A stretch of DNA of 64,000 nucleotides from a virus, in the IMG/VR virus record IMGVR_UViG_3300028197_000962, positions 1 to 64,000 of that record. One strand, given 5' to 3'. The notes below the pieces were generated by a model. It did no database searches. It was not told the DNA's origin and was given only the letters and a program-made list of their open reading frames with translations. Both the position numbers and the translations under genes were made by a program. Shown in pieces: positions 45,704 to 55,221 of this stretch; within the stretch, counting starts at the first letter, position 1; each line of letters starts with the position of its first letter.

Positions 45704-47941
45704 TCAGACTCTACCAGCGACTTCCTCGAAGCTGACACCAGTTCTGGTGGCAACGAAGGTGAGGGAGACGTAGTTGATAGACTTGGCGGGTTTCAGGAAG
45801 ATGTCCGCTCTGAACTCGTTGTTGTCAATGATGTCAGGAGTGTTATTTGTTTCGTCACAAATAACGAGGAAGTCATAGATTCCTCTCTTTGCCTGAACGT
45901 CACGTAGATAAGGTTCGACAATGTTTACGAAGTTTGCTCTCGTAATTTCATCGTTGAGTTCAAATAGTTGAGCTTTCGCAGCTCCCTCTAAGGCTTGCTC
46001 CACAGTGAGGAACAGACGCCTAACGTTGATTCTATCGAACGCGGAGGCATAACCAAGGGCAGTCTTATCACCAAAGAGAAGAATACCAATACCAGGTTGG
46101 AATGAAATCGGGTTCACACGTGCCTGATAAAGTTCGTCTCTCTGATTTTGATTAGGATTGAATGCCAGTTTAACAGCATTGTTTAGTACACCACGCTGTT
46201 GACCAGCAGGTGAGAACCAAGGGAATGCTCTAATATTAGTACGGGTCATGAGACCAGCAACGTCACCATTAGTTGGAATATAACGGAAGACGTTATTAAA
46301 GCGGTCATAAGTGTACTTATAACCAGAATCAATGATGCCGTAGGAGGAAGACTTAACTCCGTTGGCAAATTTCAAGATGTTTGAAGTTTGAGTGTCATCA
46401 TCGATAACACCAACAACACCAGATCTGTGAGGAGAAACAACTGCGACACAATCCTGTCTTTGCTCGGCAATCGAGATGAGTCTGTTTGCCTTAGCTTGGG
46501 ACTCTTCAACGCCGTTGATTGATGGACCCATGATGATATAATCAACTTCCAACTCTTCCTTATTCTTGAAGAGGTTGTATGAAGTAATTAGATCACCCAA
46601 CGTTGCTTTATGTCCACCAGTTGCACTGTAATCAGAACCACCACTGAATGCGTAACCAACGTTACCCAAAGCAGCGTAAGTAATGCCCTGAGCGTTCTGA
46701 CCCCAGAGACCTTCGCCAGTCGAAAGAGGCGTGAAGTGTGTAGCGAAACCAGTTGCTCTGGGAACAGTACCCCAGAAAGAATCTTCGTCACTGGATGGGT
46801 TGTAACCAGCGTATGCATATCCAGAGAAATCAGCAAGGAAGTCCTTGTACCAGATTTTCTGAGGAGCATTTACAGAGGAAACACTATCAAGTGCTTTGGA
46901 CAGTGAAGAGAACTTCTCAACAATGTTACCTTGAATACCAGTTACGGCACCGTCATCATCAACGATACAGATATTCATACCATCATTGTAACCTTGACGC
47001 TCAGAAACGTAGTTGTTGGTTACAGGACGTGGAGAAATCGACTTCCAGAACACCGTTCCATTATCGATTGGAAGTTGTTGCTGATCATACCAGTCAACTG
47101 CTGTCTTGGCATCAATACCAGTAGCATAGATGGTGGAGTTTGCAACAGCACCAGTTGCGTTATTAAAGAAGAGATTGTCGTCTGATTGAACAGTGCTGCC
47201 AACGGAGAGAGATGCTGCTGGATCGTTCTTAGCGTATGCAATCCTAACTGAGGTAGATCCAACACCAACAGCGTTAATTCTATCTGTCCACTTAACGTCG
47301 AAGGAAGAGTTGCTACCAGTAGAATCGGTCTTAACACCAGTAACGATACCTTTCAGGTAACCAGTGGTGACTGTGGAAAGCGTACCAGCAGTAGAATTAG
47401 GAACAACTAGGTTCGTAAGACCAACAGTAACACCATAACCAACGGTGATACCCATACCAGCAAGACTGGTAGTAGTAACACCAACAGTTTGGTCTGCAAG
47501 GTCATCAATGAAACAAAGTTTCAGACCATTTGCCCATCTACCAGGAGTTTTAGCAGCGTAGTTCCAACCAGTGTCTGTCTGATAGTTCTCACTATAATCA
47601 TCATAATTTTTAATTTTTAAACTTGTATCCGCATATACATCATTACCAGCGTTAGCGTTGTTAAGAGTTGCGCCATCAGTTCTTACAACTTTAAGGACAC
47701 CGCCGTAAGTAAGGAAGGAACTAGCAGTCATCCAATATTCATATTGGGCATCGGTGCTGATCGGCTTACCATATACTTCAATTAACTCTTGCTCGGTCTC
47801 AACGGTATAGCACTCATCAACAGGACCCTTTGTAAAAGGTCCGCAAATGCCACCAATATTATCTAAAACGTTCTCGGCTCTACCAACAGTGAGGTCAACC
47901 TCTCTAATTAGTACACCAGGAGACAATAATGCTACTGCCAT
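45704..47941 (-). CDS. gp18: Tail sheath protein (gp18)
   Basis: SPGVLIREVDLT, WFSPAG, FDRINVRRLF. Confidence 0.97.
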   Translation of the reverse strand: MAVALLSPGVLIREVDLTVGRAENVLDNIGGICGPFTKGPVDECYTVETEQELIEVYGKPISTDAQYEYWMTASSFLTYGGVLKVVRTDGATLNNANAGNDVYADTSLKIKNYDDYSENYQTDTGWNYAAKTPGRWANGLKLCFIDDLADQTVGVTTTSLAGMGITVGYGVTVGLTNLVVPNSTAGTLSTVTTGYLKGIVTGVKTDSTGSNSSFDVKWTDRINAVGVGSTSVRIAYAKNDPAASLSVGSTVQSDDNLFFNNATGAVANSTIYATGIDAKTAVDWYDQQQLPIDNGTVFWKSISPRPVTNNYVSERQGYNDGMNICIVDDDGAVTGIQGNIVEKFSSLSKALDSVSSVNAPQKIWYKDFLADFSGYAYAGYNPSSDEDSFWGTVPRATGFATHFTPLSTGEGLWGQNAQGITYAALGNVGYAFSGGSDYSATGGHKATLGDLITSYNLFKNKEELEVDYIIMGPSINGVEESQAKANRLISIAEQRQDCVAVVSPHRSGVVGVIDDDTQTSNILKFANGVKSSSYGIIDSGYKYTYDRFNNVFRYIPTNGDVAGLMTRTNIRAFPWFSPAGQQRGVLNNAVKLAFNPNQNQRDELYQARVNPISFQPGIGILLFGDKTALGYASAFDRINVRRLFLTVEQALEGAAKAQLFELNDEITRANFVNIVEPYLRDVQAKRGIYDFLVICDETNNTPDIIDNNEFRADIFLKPAKSINYVSLTFVATRTGVSFEEVAGRV

Positions 47942-48023
47942 TGTTTACTCCGTTAGGTCCATATTTGTCTAAGAATATTTATTGTTTTAAATGTTTTGAC
48001 GGGGGGAACTGGGACGTGAATAC

Positions 48024-48269
48024 CTACCAATCAGGATATTTCCACTCTTTGAAGTAGTTTTGATTCATCCTATGCTTTAAAACTCTCTTTTTTGTACACT
48101 CCTTACATTCATATGCATATGATGATGGAACAGGACCTTTATCCTTTCTAGTTCTGTAAAATTCCTCAACTAAATTTTTTGTTTCTCCGCAAATTTTACA
48201 AGTTCTATCATTAAGAAGAAAATGCCCAAGACTAATTTGATCGTCTAAGTCCATTACAGATAGTTCCAC
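48024..48269 (-). CDS. Small zinc-finger protein
   Basis: CKIC...FY...CKEC. Confidence 0.7.
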   Translation of the reverse strand: MELSVMDLDDQISLGHFLLNDRTCKICGETKNLVEEFYRTRKDKGPVPSSYAYECKECTKKRVLKHRMNQNYFKEWKYPDW

Positions 48270-49918
48270 ATATAATCAGCACCACCTTGTGCATCACCAT
48301 AGGTGCCATCAAGATGCCATCTTTCACCATCACTATCAACAAAACTAGATTCATCATTTATACCATCATCTAAGAATCCAAATGGTGCCATGTCTTGTTC
48401 AATCTGATTCTTCTGTTCTTCGTAAAGTCTTTTACGAACATCTTGGTCAGTTAGTTCTTTGAAGTAATCCTGTGCTACTAACCAAGCGTAAATAACCAAA
48501 CACATAGCAAGGTCATCATTGCATCCATCTTCTGCTTCAAAAGAATTGCTCTTTGAGATAAAAGTAGTTAGTTCACTAATAACATTGTAGTCTTTAAAAA
48601 GAATTTTATCTGCTTCAATCATGGTCTTCAAATTAAGAGACCCAATCTTTTTAACAGTCTTGGACATCTTGACTCCTAACTGAGTCTTGCTTCCAGAAAA
48701 CCCTTGTCCAACAACCTGACCAGCTCTACCTCTCATAGAACACATCAGTAAATTTTGATATTCCAGATCATATTGCAAAATACTTGCTACCTGATCTCCA
48801 ATGTCATTTACCTCAGTAAGAATAAACGCTTCATTATATGCCTTAGCTGTTGAGTAGATAATATTAGGAAACAACATTGGTTTGATATGATTATCTCTAT
48901 ACTTTGCCACAACTTTATGTGGGAAAGATGTAATATCTACAATGATGAATGCAGAATAGTCCTCTCCAACACCTCTTGCTACGTCAACTGTGCAAACATA
49001 GTCATGATCCTTTTCCGGATCGGCATATACGTCTAAACTATTGTTTGAAGTCTTAGGGGCCTCATATGCCAAACTTCTTAATTTTGCTGGATCAATTAAT
49101 GTATCAACAGATCCTAGAAACTCACACTCAAACTCAACTTTAAACTGTTGTTCTGATGTGTTTTTGACTGTTTGCTCACGCCACTTGGCATCTCTACCTG
49201 GTACTTCTGACCAGTGAACCTGAGTAGGAACATATTCATTCTGCTCTCTTTCCGCATCATGCCACATACGGTAGAAGTGGTTCATACCCTTAGGGGTAGA
49301 TACGATAATAATCTTGGTAGACTTACCAGATGAAATCGTAGGATAAACTGAACTAAAAAAGTCGTCAGCAATATGGTTTGGAACAAACGCAAATTCGTCC
49401 AAGAAGATAATGTTGAACGACATACCACGAACGGCAGCAGCAGATGTAGATGCTGCAAGAATTTTACTACCGTTCTCTAATTCTAAACTACCTTTATTCC
49501 ATGCAAGGATGCCCTGTTGCATCCACTTGGGAAGATTCTCATATGCTGTCTGCAATCTACCCAGAAGATCTCTTGCCGTAGATGCTTTGTTTGCTAGAAT
49601 ACCAATGTTTACATTATTATTGAACACTGCATAATGCAACAAATAAGAAACCGACGTGGTAGACTTACCAGTCTGTCGTGGCATCATGCAGATGTTGAAT
49701 CGATTCTCATGAAATCGATTGATTAGTTTCTCTTGAAATGGCCACATCTCAAAAGGAACAAGACCCTCATCAACGTTGACGATCTTTACATATTTTTTTG
49801 CAAAGTAGACAGGATCAGCCTGACACTTGATCATCTCCTGGACTTGATTCTCAGTATACTCAATCTGAGTATTTGCTTTTTTTAGATTGGGATTACCAAG
49901 ATAGATTCCATTATCCAT
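48254..49918 (-). CDS. gp17: Terminase large subunit (gp17)
   Basis: YLGNPNLK, PRQTGKST, LDEFAF, VDVARG, DDLAM; start at MDNG. Confidence 0.97.
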   Translation of the reverse strand: MDNGIYLGNPNLKKANTQIEYTENQVQEMIKCQADPVYFAKKYVKIVNVDEGLVPFEMWPFQEKLINRFHENRFNICMMPRQTGKSTTSVSYLLHYAVFNNNVNIGILANKASTARDLLGRLQTAYENLPKWMQQGILAWNKGSLELENGSKILAASTSAAAVRGMSFNIIFLDEFAFVPNHIADDFFSSVYPTISSGKSTKIIIVSTPKGMNHFYRMWHDAEREQNEYVPTQVHWSEVPGRDAKWREQTVKNTSEQQFKVEFECEFLGSVDTLIDPAKLRSLAYEAPKTSNNSLDVYADPEKDHDYVCTVDVARGVGEDYSAFIIVDITSFPHKVVAKYRDNHIKPMLFPNIIYSTAKAYNEAFILTEVNDIGDQVASILQYDLEYQNLLMCSMRGRAGQVVGQGFSGSKTQLGVKMSKTVKKIGSLNLKTMIEADKILFKDYNVISELTTFISKSNSFEAEDGCNDDLAMCLVIYAWLVAQDYFKELTDQDVRKRLYEEQKNQIEQDMAPFGFLDDGINDESSFVDSDGERWHLDGTYGDAQGGADYMWNYL

Positions 49919-49919
49919 G

Positions 49920-50069
49920 TCAAGTCCACTTAGGGGGATTATGTGGGCACCTTGCAAATGGAAATTTTGTTTTAATTTCCATAAAACAATTGCAAATAGC
50001 GCACCTCTTATATTTACCCTTTAAATATTCACAGGATTCACAGATCTTCAATCTCTCCTGAGGAGTCAT
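49920..50069 (-). CDS. Small Cys-rich protein (49 aa)
   Basis: Hand-translated MTPQERLKICESCEYLKGKYKRCAICNCFMEIKTKFPFARCPHNPPKWT. Confidence 0.7.
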   Translation of the reverse strand: MTPQERLKICESCEYLKGKYKRCAICNCFMEIKTKFPFARCPHNPPKWT

Positions 50070-50277
50070 CCTTTCCATACTTTCTCAAACTAACTAATCG
50101 TTTTTCCCAAGTGTCTCCGATTTCTGATCCGACCATTGGATTGACGCATGTTTCATCGCCAAGATTATTGCACACCAATCCAGCTAAATCAACTTCGCTG
50201 CCAATTTTACCAGTGAACCAATAGTGTTGACCATCTACCCATGTTGCCCCACATTTGGGGCAGGATTTCGTGTCCAT
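50038..50277 (-). CDS. Small Cys-containing hypothetical protein
   Basis: CPKCGATW..GQHYW...DLAGLVCN...CVNP; TATAAATA upstream. Confidence 0.7.
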   Translation of the reverse strand: MDTKSCPKCGATWVDGQHYWFTGKIGSEVDLAGLVCNNLGDETCVNPMVGSEIGDTWEKRLVSLRKYGKDDSSGEIEDL

Positions 50278-50351
50278 ATGAACTATGAAAATTTAGTATA
50301 ATTCCTATTTATTTATATGTTGGTATCAATTGGTATCAAAATGATACAATA

Positions 50352-51761
50352 TCAGCATTTCCACTTTCTCAATGCAAGTGCTTTACGGGTTGGACGACCC
50401 TTCTCATCCTTCATTGGTCCCTTCATTCCACCCATGCGGGCACAGAAAGATCTTTTTCTAGGACCACCCTCAGGTTGAGGTGCTTTTAAATCAGAACCAG
50501 GATTCTCTCGCTCATAAGACTTACGACCCTTTTCATTGAGACCGCCTTCTTTGTTCTTACCCGCTTTACGTTGCCATGCAGCACTCTTTGCTTCTGTCTG
50601 AACGTTCATGTCAGTCTTTTTATTTGACTTCAATGCTTTTTGTTGAAGTTGAAGTTTCTGACGATTGAGAACAAGTTGTTTACGCTGAATCATTTGATCT
50701 CTACGATCTAGCGAATCATTCTTTCCATCGTTCTGCTCCTCAGCAACTCTGATCAATGGTTGAGTTGGATCAGGACTGGATGGAGAATACTTAGTAACGC
50801 GAGCATCCGGGTATACCTTTTGAACAGCGTCTGTAATCTCTGCTTTACTAGGAACTCTCAGCGATGGGAAGAACAATTGAGTCATATAGAACTTACCTCG
50901 GAAGGTGAGGAAGATTCTCATGACTTGACCATTCTGACGAGGAATGGTAGCTGCTTCTTGTACTTCAAATTCTTCTTTCTTCGTCTTCTTGACACAGTTT
51001 GGATATCTTTTTCCAAACATAGTCTTCATACCTTTTTTCTCATATCCTTTCCAACATGCTTCACCAAGTTTGTTTGTCTCAACAAAACCATTTGCTTCAA
51101 GAGCAGCAATTTGAGAAGGTGAGAATCCTTCTTTCTTAGTGCTATTACCCCAATTAGCAGCACCCTTCTTACGGCACTTTACAAGGGCACCAGAAGCGTA
51201 TGCAGAAGGCCATACAGAGTAACGAGATTTTACTTTATGATAGCAGGCATCTTTTGTCCCACTACCCTTACCTTTCTTATCTGCTTCTGAAAATACTTCT
51301 TCTTTCATTTTCTTTTTATCAGTAGAAACGTAAGTTGGTTTGGCAGCACTAGATTTTGATTGTTGTCCTGGATCTGCTTTCTTTTTGCGACGAGATGCAG
51401 AAAGTCTTTCGGACTTGCTCATGCTCGCTCGTTTTGATGATGAGACACATTTAGGTGTCCCCTCTCCTGGTTTATCACTGGCGCAAGTCCCACCTGTGAC
51501 AACGTTGACCCAACCACCCTTACCATCCTTTGACTTGGATCCTTTGAACCACTTGTTGAGGGAACCTTCGCTAACCCCACCATTAGAGCCCCCATTCCCA
51601 TTTCCATTCCCATTCTTAGTCTCATCATCTACACTATGTCCATTTTCTTTACCTAGCATACCAGACCGGCCAACTATTTTAAATCCTTTGGGGATAGGTT
51701 TACACTTTTTATCAGTGTAGCAATAGTATTGTCCCTCAGGACAGCGACCGTTCTTTTTCAT
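50352..51761 (-). CDS. Modular basic Cys-paired protein, putative capsid-internal polyprotein
   Basis: About 7 basic modules separated by acidic X-X-E linkers; ATAAATA upstream. Confidence 0.75.
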   Translation of the reverse strand: MKKNGRCPEGQYYCYTDKKCKPIPKGFKIVGRSGMLGKENGHSVDDETKNGNGNGNGGSNGGVSEGSLNKWFKGSKSKDGKGGWVNVVTGGTCASDKPGEGTPKCVSSSKRASMSKSERLSASRRKKKADPGQQSKSSAAKPTYVSTDKKKMKEEVFSEADKKGKGSGTKDACYHKVKSRYSVWPSAYASGALVKCRKKGAANWGNSTKKEGFSPSQIAALEANGFVETNKLGEACWKGYEKKGMKTMFGKRYPNCVKKTKKEEFEVQEAATIPRQNGQVMRIFLTFRGKFYMTQLFFPSLRVPSKAEITDAVQKVYPDARVTKYSPSSPDPTQPLIRVAEEQNDGKNDSLDRRDQMIQRKQLVLNRQKLQLQQKALKSNKKTDMNVQTEAKSAAWQRKAGKNKEGGLNEKGRKSYERENPGSDLKAPQPEGGPRKRSFCARMGGMKGPMKDEKGRPTRKALALRKWKC

Positions 51762-51790
51762 TCAAGAGAGTAATTACTCGTTATTATTTA

Positions 51791-53743
51791 TCATCCATCA
51801 AGTGCCACACTAAGACCAATAGTCATACCAGGTAGTGACTGCCAAGAAGTCCCATCATAAAATTCGAGTTTTAATGATGTTGTATTAAAGATGATAGCAC
51901 CTTGTGAGAAAGATCCAGCATCCCTAGCAGTTGTTGTATATAGAGGTGGATAGAATGCAGTAGAAGCTTTTAAAGTAGCAGCAGTAATAATACCAGTAGT
52001 ATTAATAGAAACTGTTGTACCAATACCAACAGATGCTTCTCTTCCTTGACTATCACTAAAAGCAATTTCTCCTGAGGCATTTTGATGTATTCTAACAGTG
52101 GTTCCTGTACCAATAATTATTTCATCAATACCTTCAATTTTTTTAGCAGTTGGATCTAAGGTAATTGATCCTTGACCAATCGTAAGAATGCCTGTGACTC
52201 TTGCATCACCATTAACAAGAAGAGCCGTTGTAGCAGTGCCTGTGTTAACAATTAAACCGCTTCTAAACGTACCGATGCCAAGAGAATCTACATGCTTGAC
52301 ATCATCATATGTGATTGTTCCTCCAACATTAACATTACCAGTTGCTTCAATATCACCAACAACAAATAATGATGTTCCTGCCTTTGCCTGAGTAGTATTG
52401 ATACCAACAATTCTTGTTGTTGATACACCTACATTATTGGAGAACCAAGTTCCACCAACACCAGTTCCACTGTTAGGAACTGTCAACCACTTTGAACTTG
52501 CAGAATCATATTGTAAAATATATTCATCGTCGAGACCAGTGATATCAACATCATCAAGATCTTTAATAAATCCTGCGCCGCCGCCGCCCATTGTGGACAT
52601 CTGGGTTTGGATTCTATTGATAAAAATTCTATAATGAGATGCAAGATCACTTAGAGTTGCAAACTTTTGATCTAATGGGGTAAGTGGATCTTGTCCAGAA
52701 CCAATATTCTCTGCTTCATCCGGAGGTTCAGTAAGAAGATAATTTTCCTGTAAGTCCTCTACCTTTTCTTGTCTTACTTGAATTTGCTCAACAATCTCTC
52801 TCAGGCTCTCAAAGTTTTTGAGTTCCTTTTTGATTTTTTTGAGTTCTTCTTCGTAATATTTTGGTTTGGGTAAACCACTAAGTTTTGTTTTTAATGATTC
52901 TACTTCTTTATCTAATTTATTTCCAACAAACTCAAACTTTTCATTCAATGAAGTCTGAATACGTTTTACAGTTTCCTCAGTAACTTCTTGTAAATGATCT
53001 ACTTTATTATCTACTTGATCTGAGAATGAAATCTCAAACTCTTTTTGATTTTCTTTAAGTTTCTTTTGGAGTTTCCAAACAATGTCAGACTGTTCCTTTA
53101 ACTGACCATAAATTTGTTCTTTGAGAGAATCTACCCTATTATGTACGTTTTTAAAATCTGTTTTTGATTCAAAAGCAGAAGTATCTTTCTCATCTTGAAT
53201 CCTATTTAATTCTATTTCAACCTGATCTGATAAAGTTTGTACACAATCTTTTATTGAATTAAATCTTTCGTCAACAGTATTAAAAGTTTGTCCTACCCAA
53301 GTAAAATCTGGAACCTCTGATACCTTTTCAATCCATACAGGAAGAGTTGGAATAGATTCTTTTACAGATTGAACCGTCTCCTTAATTGCTTCTAGTTCTT
53401 CTTCGTAATATCTTACTTCTGGAACAACAGGGATGGATTCTCTTACATCATCAATAACTTCACAGAGTGCTTCTAATTCTTTATCATATGATTTAATTTC
53501 TGGAACTTCTGGAATACTTTCTTTAACATCATTGATCAGACGGAGAAGTTCTCCCCATTCTGGTGCCTGAACAAGGTCAGTTACTTCAATACTTGCATTT
53601 CCATCAGCATCATCAATTATCTGTGTTTCTTCTTCTAATTCTTCTACCTCAATAAAATCTTCAACAGAAGGAAGTTCACCCTGCCCTACGACATCCTCAA
53701 TGGATGGTAACTCGTTAATATGCTCTTCGGGCATTTCGGTCAC
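51791..53743 (-). CDS. Coiled-coil protein with a fiber-like C-terminal domain
   Basis: (I/L)PxxP...Y(D/E)xEL repeats; DLDDVD...LQYD and a Gly/Thr beta-rich C-terminus. Confidence 0.7.
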   Translation of the reverse strand: MTEMPEEHINELPSIEDVVGQGELPSVEDFIEVEELEEETQIIDDADGNASIEVTDLVQAPEWGELLRLINDVKESIPEVPEIKSYDKELEALCEVIDDVRESIPVVPEVRYYEEELEAIKETVQSVKESIPTLPVWIEKVSEVPDFTWVGQTFNTVDERFNSIKDCVQTLSDQVEIELNRIQDEKDTSAFESKTDFKNVHNRVDSLKEQIYGQLKEQSDIVWKLQKKLKENQKEFEISFSDQVDNKVDHLQEVTEETVKRIQTSLNEKFEFVGNKLDKEVESLKTKLSGLPKPKYYEEELKKIKKELKNFESLREIVEQIQVRQEKVEDLQENYLLTEPPDEAENIGSGQDPLTPLDQKFATLSDLASHYRIFINRIQTQMSTMGGGGAGFIKDLDDVDITGLDDEYILQYDSASSKWLTVPNSGTGVGGTWFSNNVGVSTTRIVGINTTQAKAGTSLFVVGDIEATGNVNVGGTITYDDVKHVDSLGIGTFRSGLIVNTGTATTALLVNGDARVTGILTIGQGSITLDPTAKKIEGIDEIIIGTGTTVRIHQNASGEIAFSDSQGREASVGIGTTVSINTTGIITAATLKASTAFYPPLYTTTARDAGSFSQGAIIFNTTSLKLEFYDGTSWQSLPGMTIGLSVALDG

Positions 53744-53754
53744 AACTTTTTTAC

Positions 53755-54171
53755 CTATTTATTTTGGGACTTTTGGGCATCTTTTAGCATCTTAGTTAAA
53801 TCAGCAGTTGACCCAACAAAAAGAGCATTGGTGACATTGGTAGGACCTTTTTGTGTGTCCTCCTCAACATCTTTCAATTTCTTTTGCAAGTCCATTAACT
53901 TGTCAGTTGCATCAGAAACGCTTTTGATTAATTGACCAGCAACTTCATATGCTCTTGGCATTTCACTTTCCTGAGCCAATTCAAGAATACCATTAATTGC
54001 TTCTTGACCTTTCTCAATTATACTATAAAGATTACCTCTCGTATACTCATAATCTTTTTTGACATCTGTCTTTTCTCTATCAAGAGGGGGTTTCATTACC
54101 TTAACCTCTTTTGTTGCTTCGACAATATCGCTTGCAACATCAAATGTATCTTCTAGGTTATCAAACTTCAT
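53755..54171 (-). CDS. gp16: Terminase small subunit (gp16)
   Basis: DYEYTRGNL, PRAYEVAGQL, NALFVGST. Confidence 0.93.
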   Translation of the reverse strand: MKFDNLEDTFDVASDIVEATKEVKVMKPPLDREKTDVKKDYEYTRGNLYSIIEKGQEAINGILELAQESEMPRAYEVAGQLIKSVSDATDKLMDLQKKLKDVEEDTQKGPTNVTNALFVGSTADLTKMLKDAQKSQNK

Positions 54172-55196
54172 GACATGTCCGTGCTAAAATCTTGATAGAA
54201 TGAAGTTGTCTCATTGAAACCAAAGTCATCTCCGATTTCAATGAGAGCATCATCAGCAGTATTCAAGATATTAACACCAGAACCTTGAACATGATCCACA
54301 GCGATTGTTCCATCTTGACCTCTTCTTACTTTCAGATTATTGCCAGTGATAGATTCAATAAAGAGTTCTTCACTATTGATAGTTACATAGGTTTCTTCAC
54401 TAAACGGTGTTGTTGTAGTGAGAGTGAGAATAGTCTCTGTGGATTCGATGTCTTCGTCTAAGTATGCAGATGCATCTCCAACGTAGTTTTTGGTTGCTCT
54501 TGGCGTAACAGTGTAGCGAAGTTCCCTTCTGGGATTCTTCACATCTATGTTCGTCATGTAATTGAGAGTAGCCTTCTTGATAATACCAGTGGTCTGATCT
54601 GGTGTAGGACCGAACAGATAAGTTTTAGCAGTAAATCTTAGAGTATAGATCAGTGCTCTTCTAGAAGAGAAGTCACCTTCATAATCATCAGTAAAGTTTA
54701 CTGAATCTAGAATGATTGGAATATCTCTCTTCTCATTAATCTCACCAACCATCTGAATGGTAACATTATATGATGGTTGAAAATATGGTAAAATTTGTTC
54801 AATAATTTGAAGAGCATCATCATTCAACTTAGTCATGATGCTCAACTCAAATGCCATGTTATAAGGAACTGGCATGTATGCTTTTTTGATAGTCGAAGTT
54901 GAATCGACTTTTTTAGATAAGAATGTTTGAGTTTGAGAAACTTTTCTACTGGGATCATAAGTCAAACCAGTAAACTCAAATGACATCCTTGGTAAAGTAA
55001 TGGATGTTGGTTTATTGAGTTGAGGTGTTTGCTCAATTCTTGCTAAGAACTTCTGTGTTGGTCCATATGCCAATGGAACCTTCATAACACTTACAATGGA
55101 TCCACTGTCAAAATGTTTGATGGTAATGTCATTGAATAGCGTGCCGAACCCAATAACGGTTCTTCTCAACACCTCATTGTAAAAGTATTCAAACAT
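54168..55196 (-). CDS. gp15: Tail sheath stabilizer/completion protein (gp15)
   Basis: VPLAYGPTQKFL, LPRMSFE, EQILPYFQP. Confidence 0.94.
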   Translation of the reverse strand: MFEYFYNEVLRRTVIGFGTLFNDITIKHFDSGSIVSVMKVPLAYGPTQKFLARIEQTPQLNKPTSITLPRMSFEFTGLTYDPSRKVSQTQTFLSKKVDSTSTIKKAYMPVPYNMAFELSIMTKLNDDALQIIEQILPYFQPSYNVTIQMVGEINEKRDIPIILDSVNFTDDYEGDFSSRRALIYTLRFTAKTYLFGPTPDQTTGIIKKATLNYMTNIDVKNPRRELRYTVTPRATKNYVGDASAYLDEDIESTETILTLTTTTPFSEETYVTINSEELFIESITGNNLKVRRGQDGTIAVDHVQGSGVNILNTADDALIEIGDDFGFNETTSFYQDFSTDMS

Positions 55197-55221
55197 TTTT
55201 ACAGTCCATTGTTATAGTTAT

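Noticed and set aside
49919-49957. N-terminal extension of gp17 in the track
   Set aside because: It overlaps a credible 49-aa Cys-rich gene; MDNG at 49918 precedes the conserved YLGNPNLK.
50333-50347. NtcA box
   Set aside because: Spacing is GTA-N9-TAC rather than N8; kept only as an unknown palindrome.
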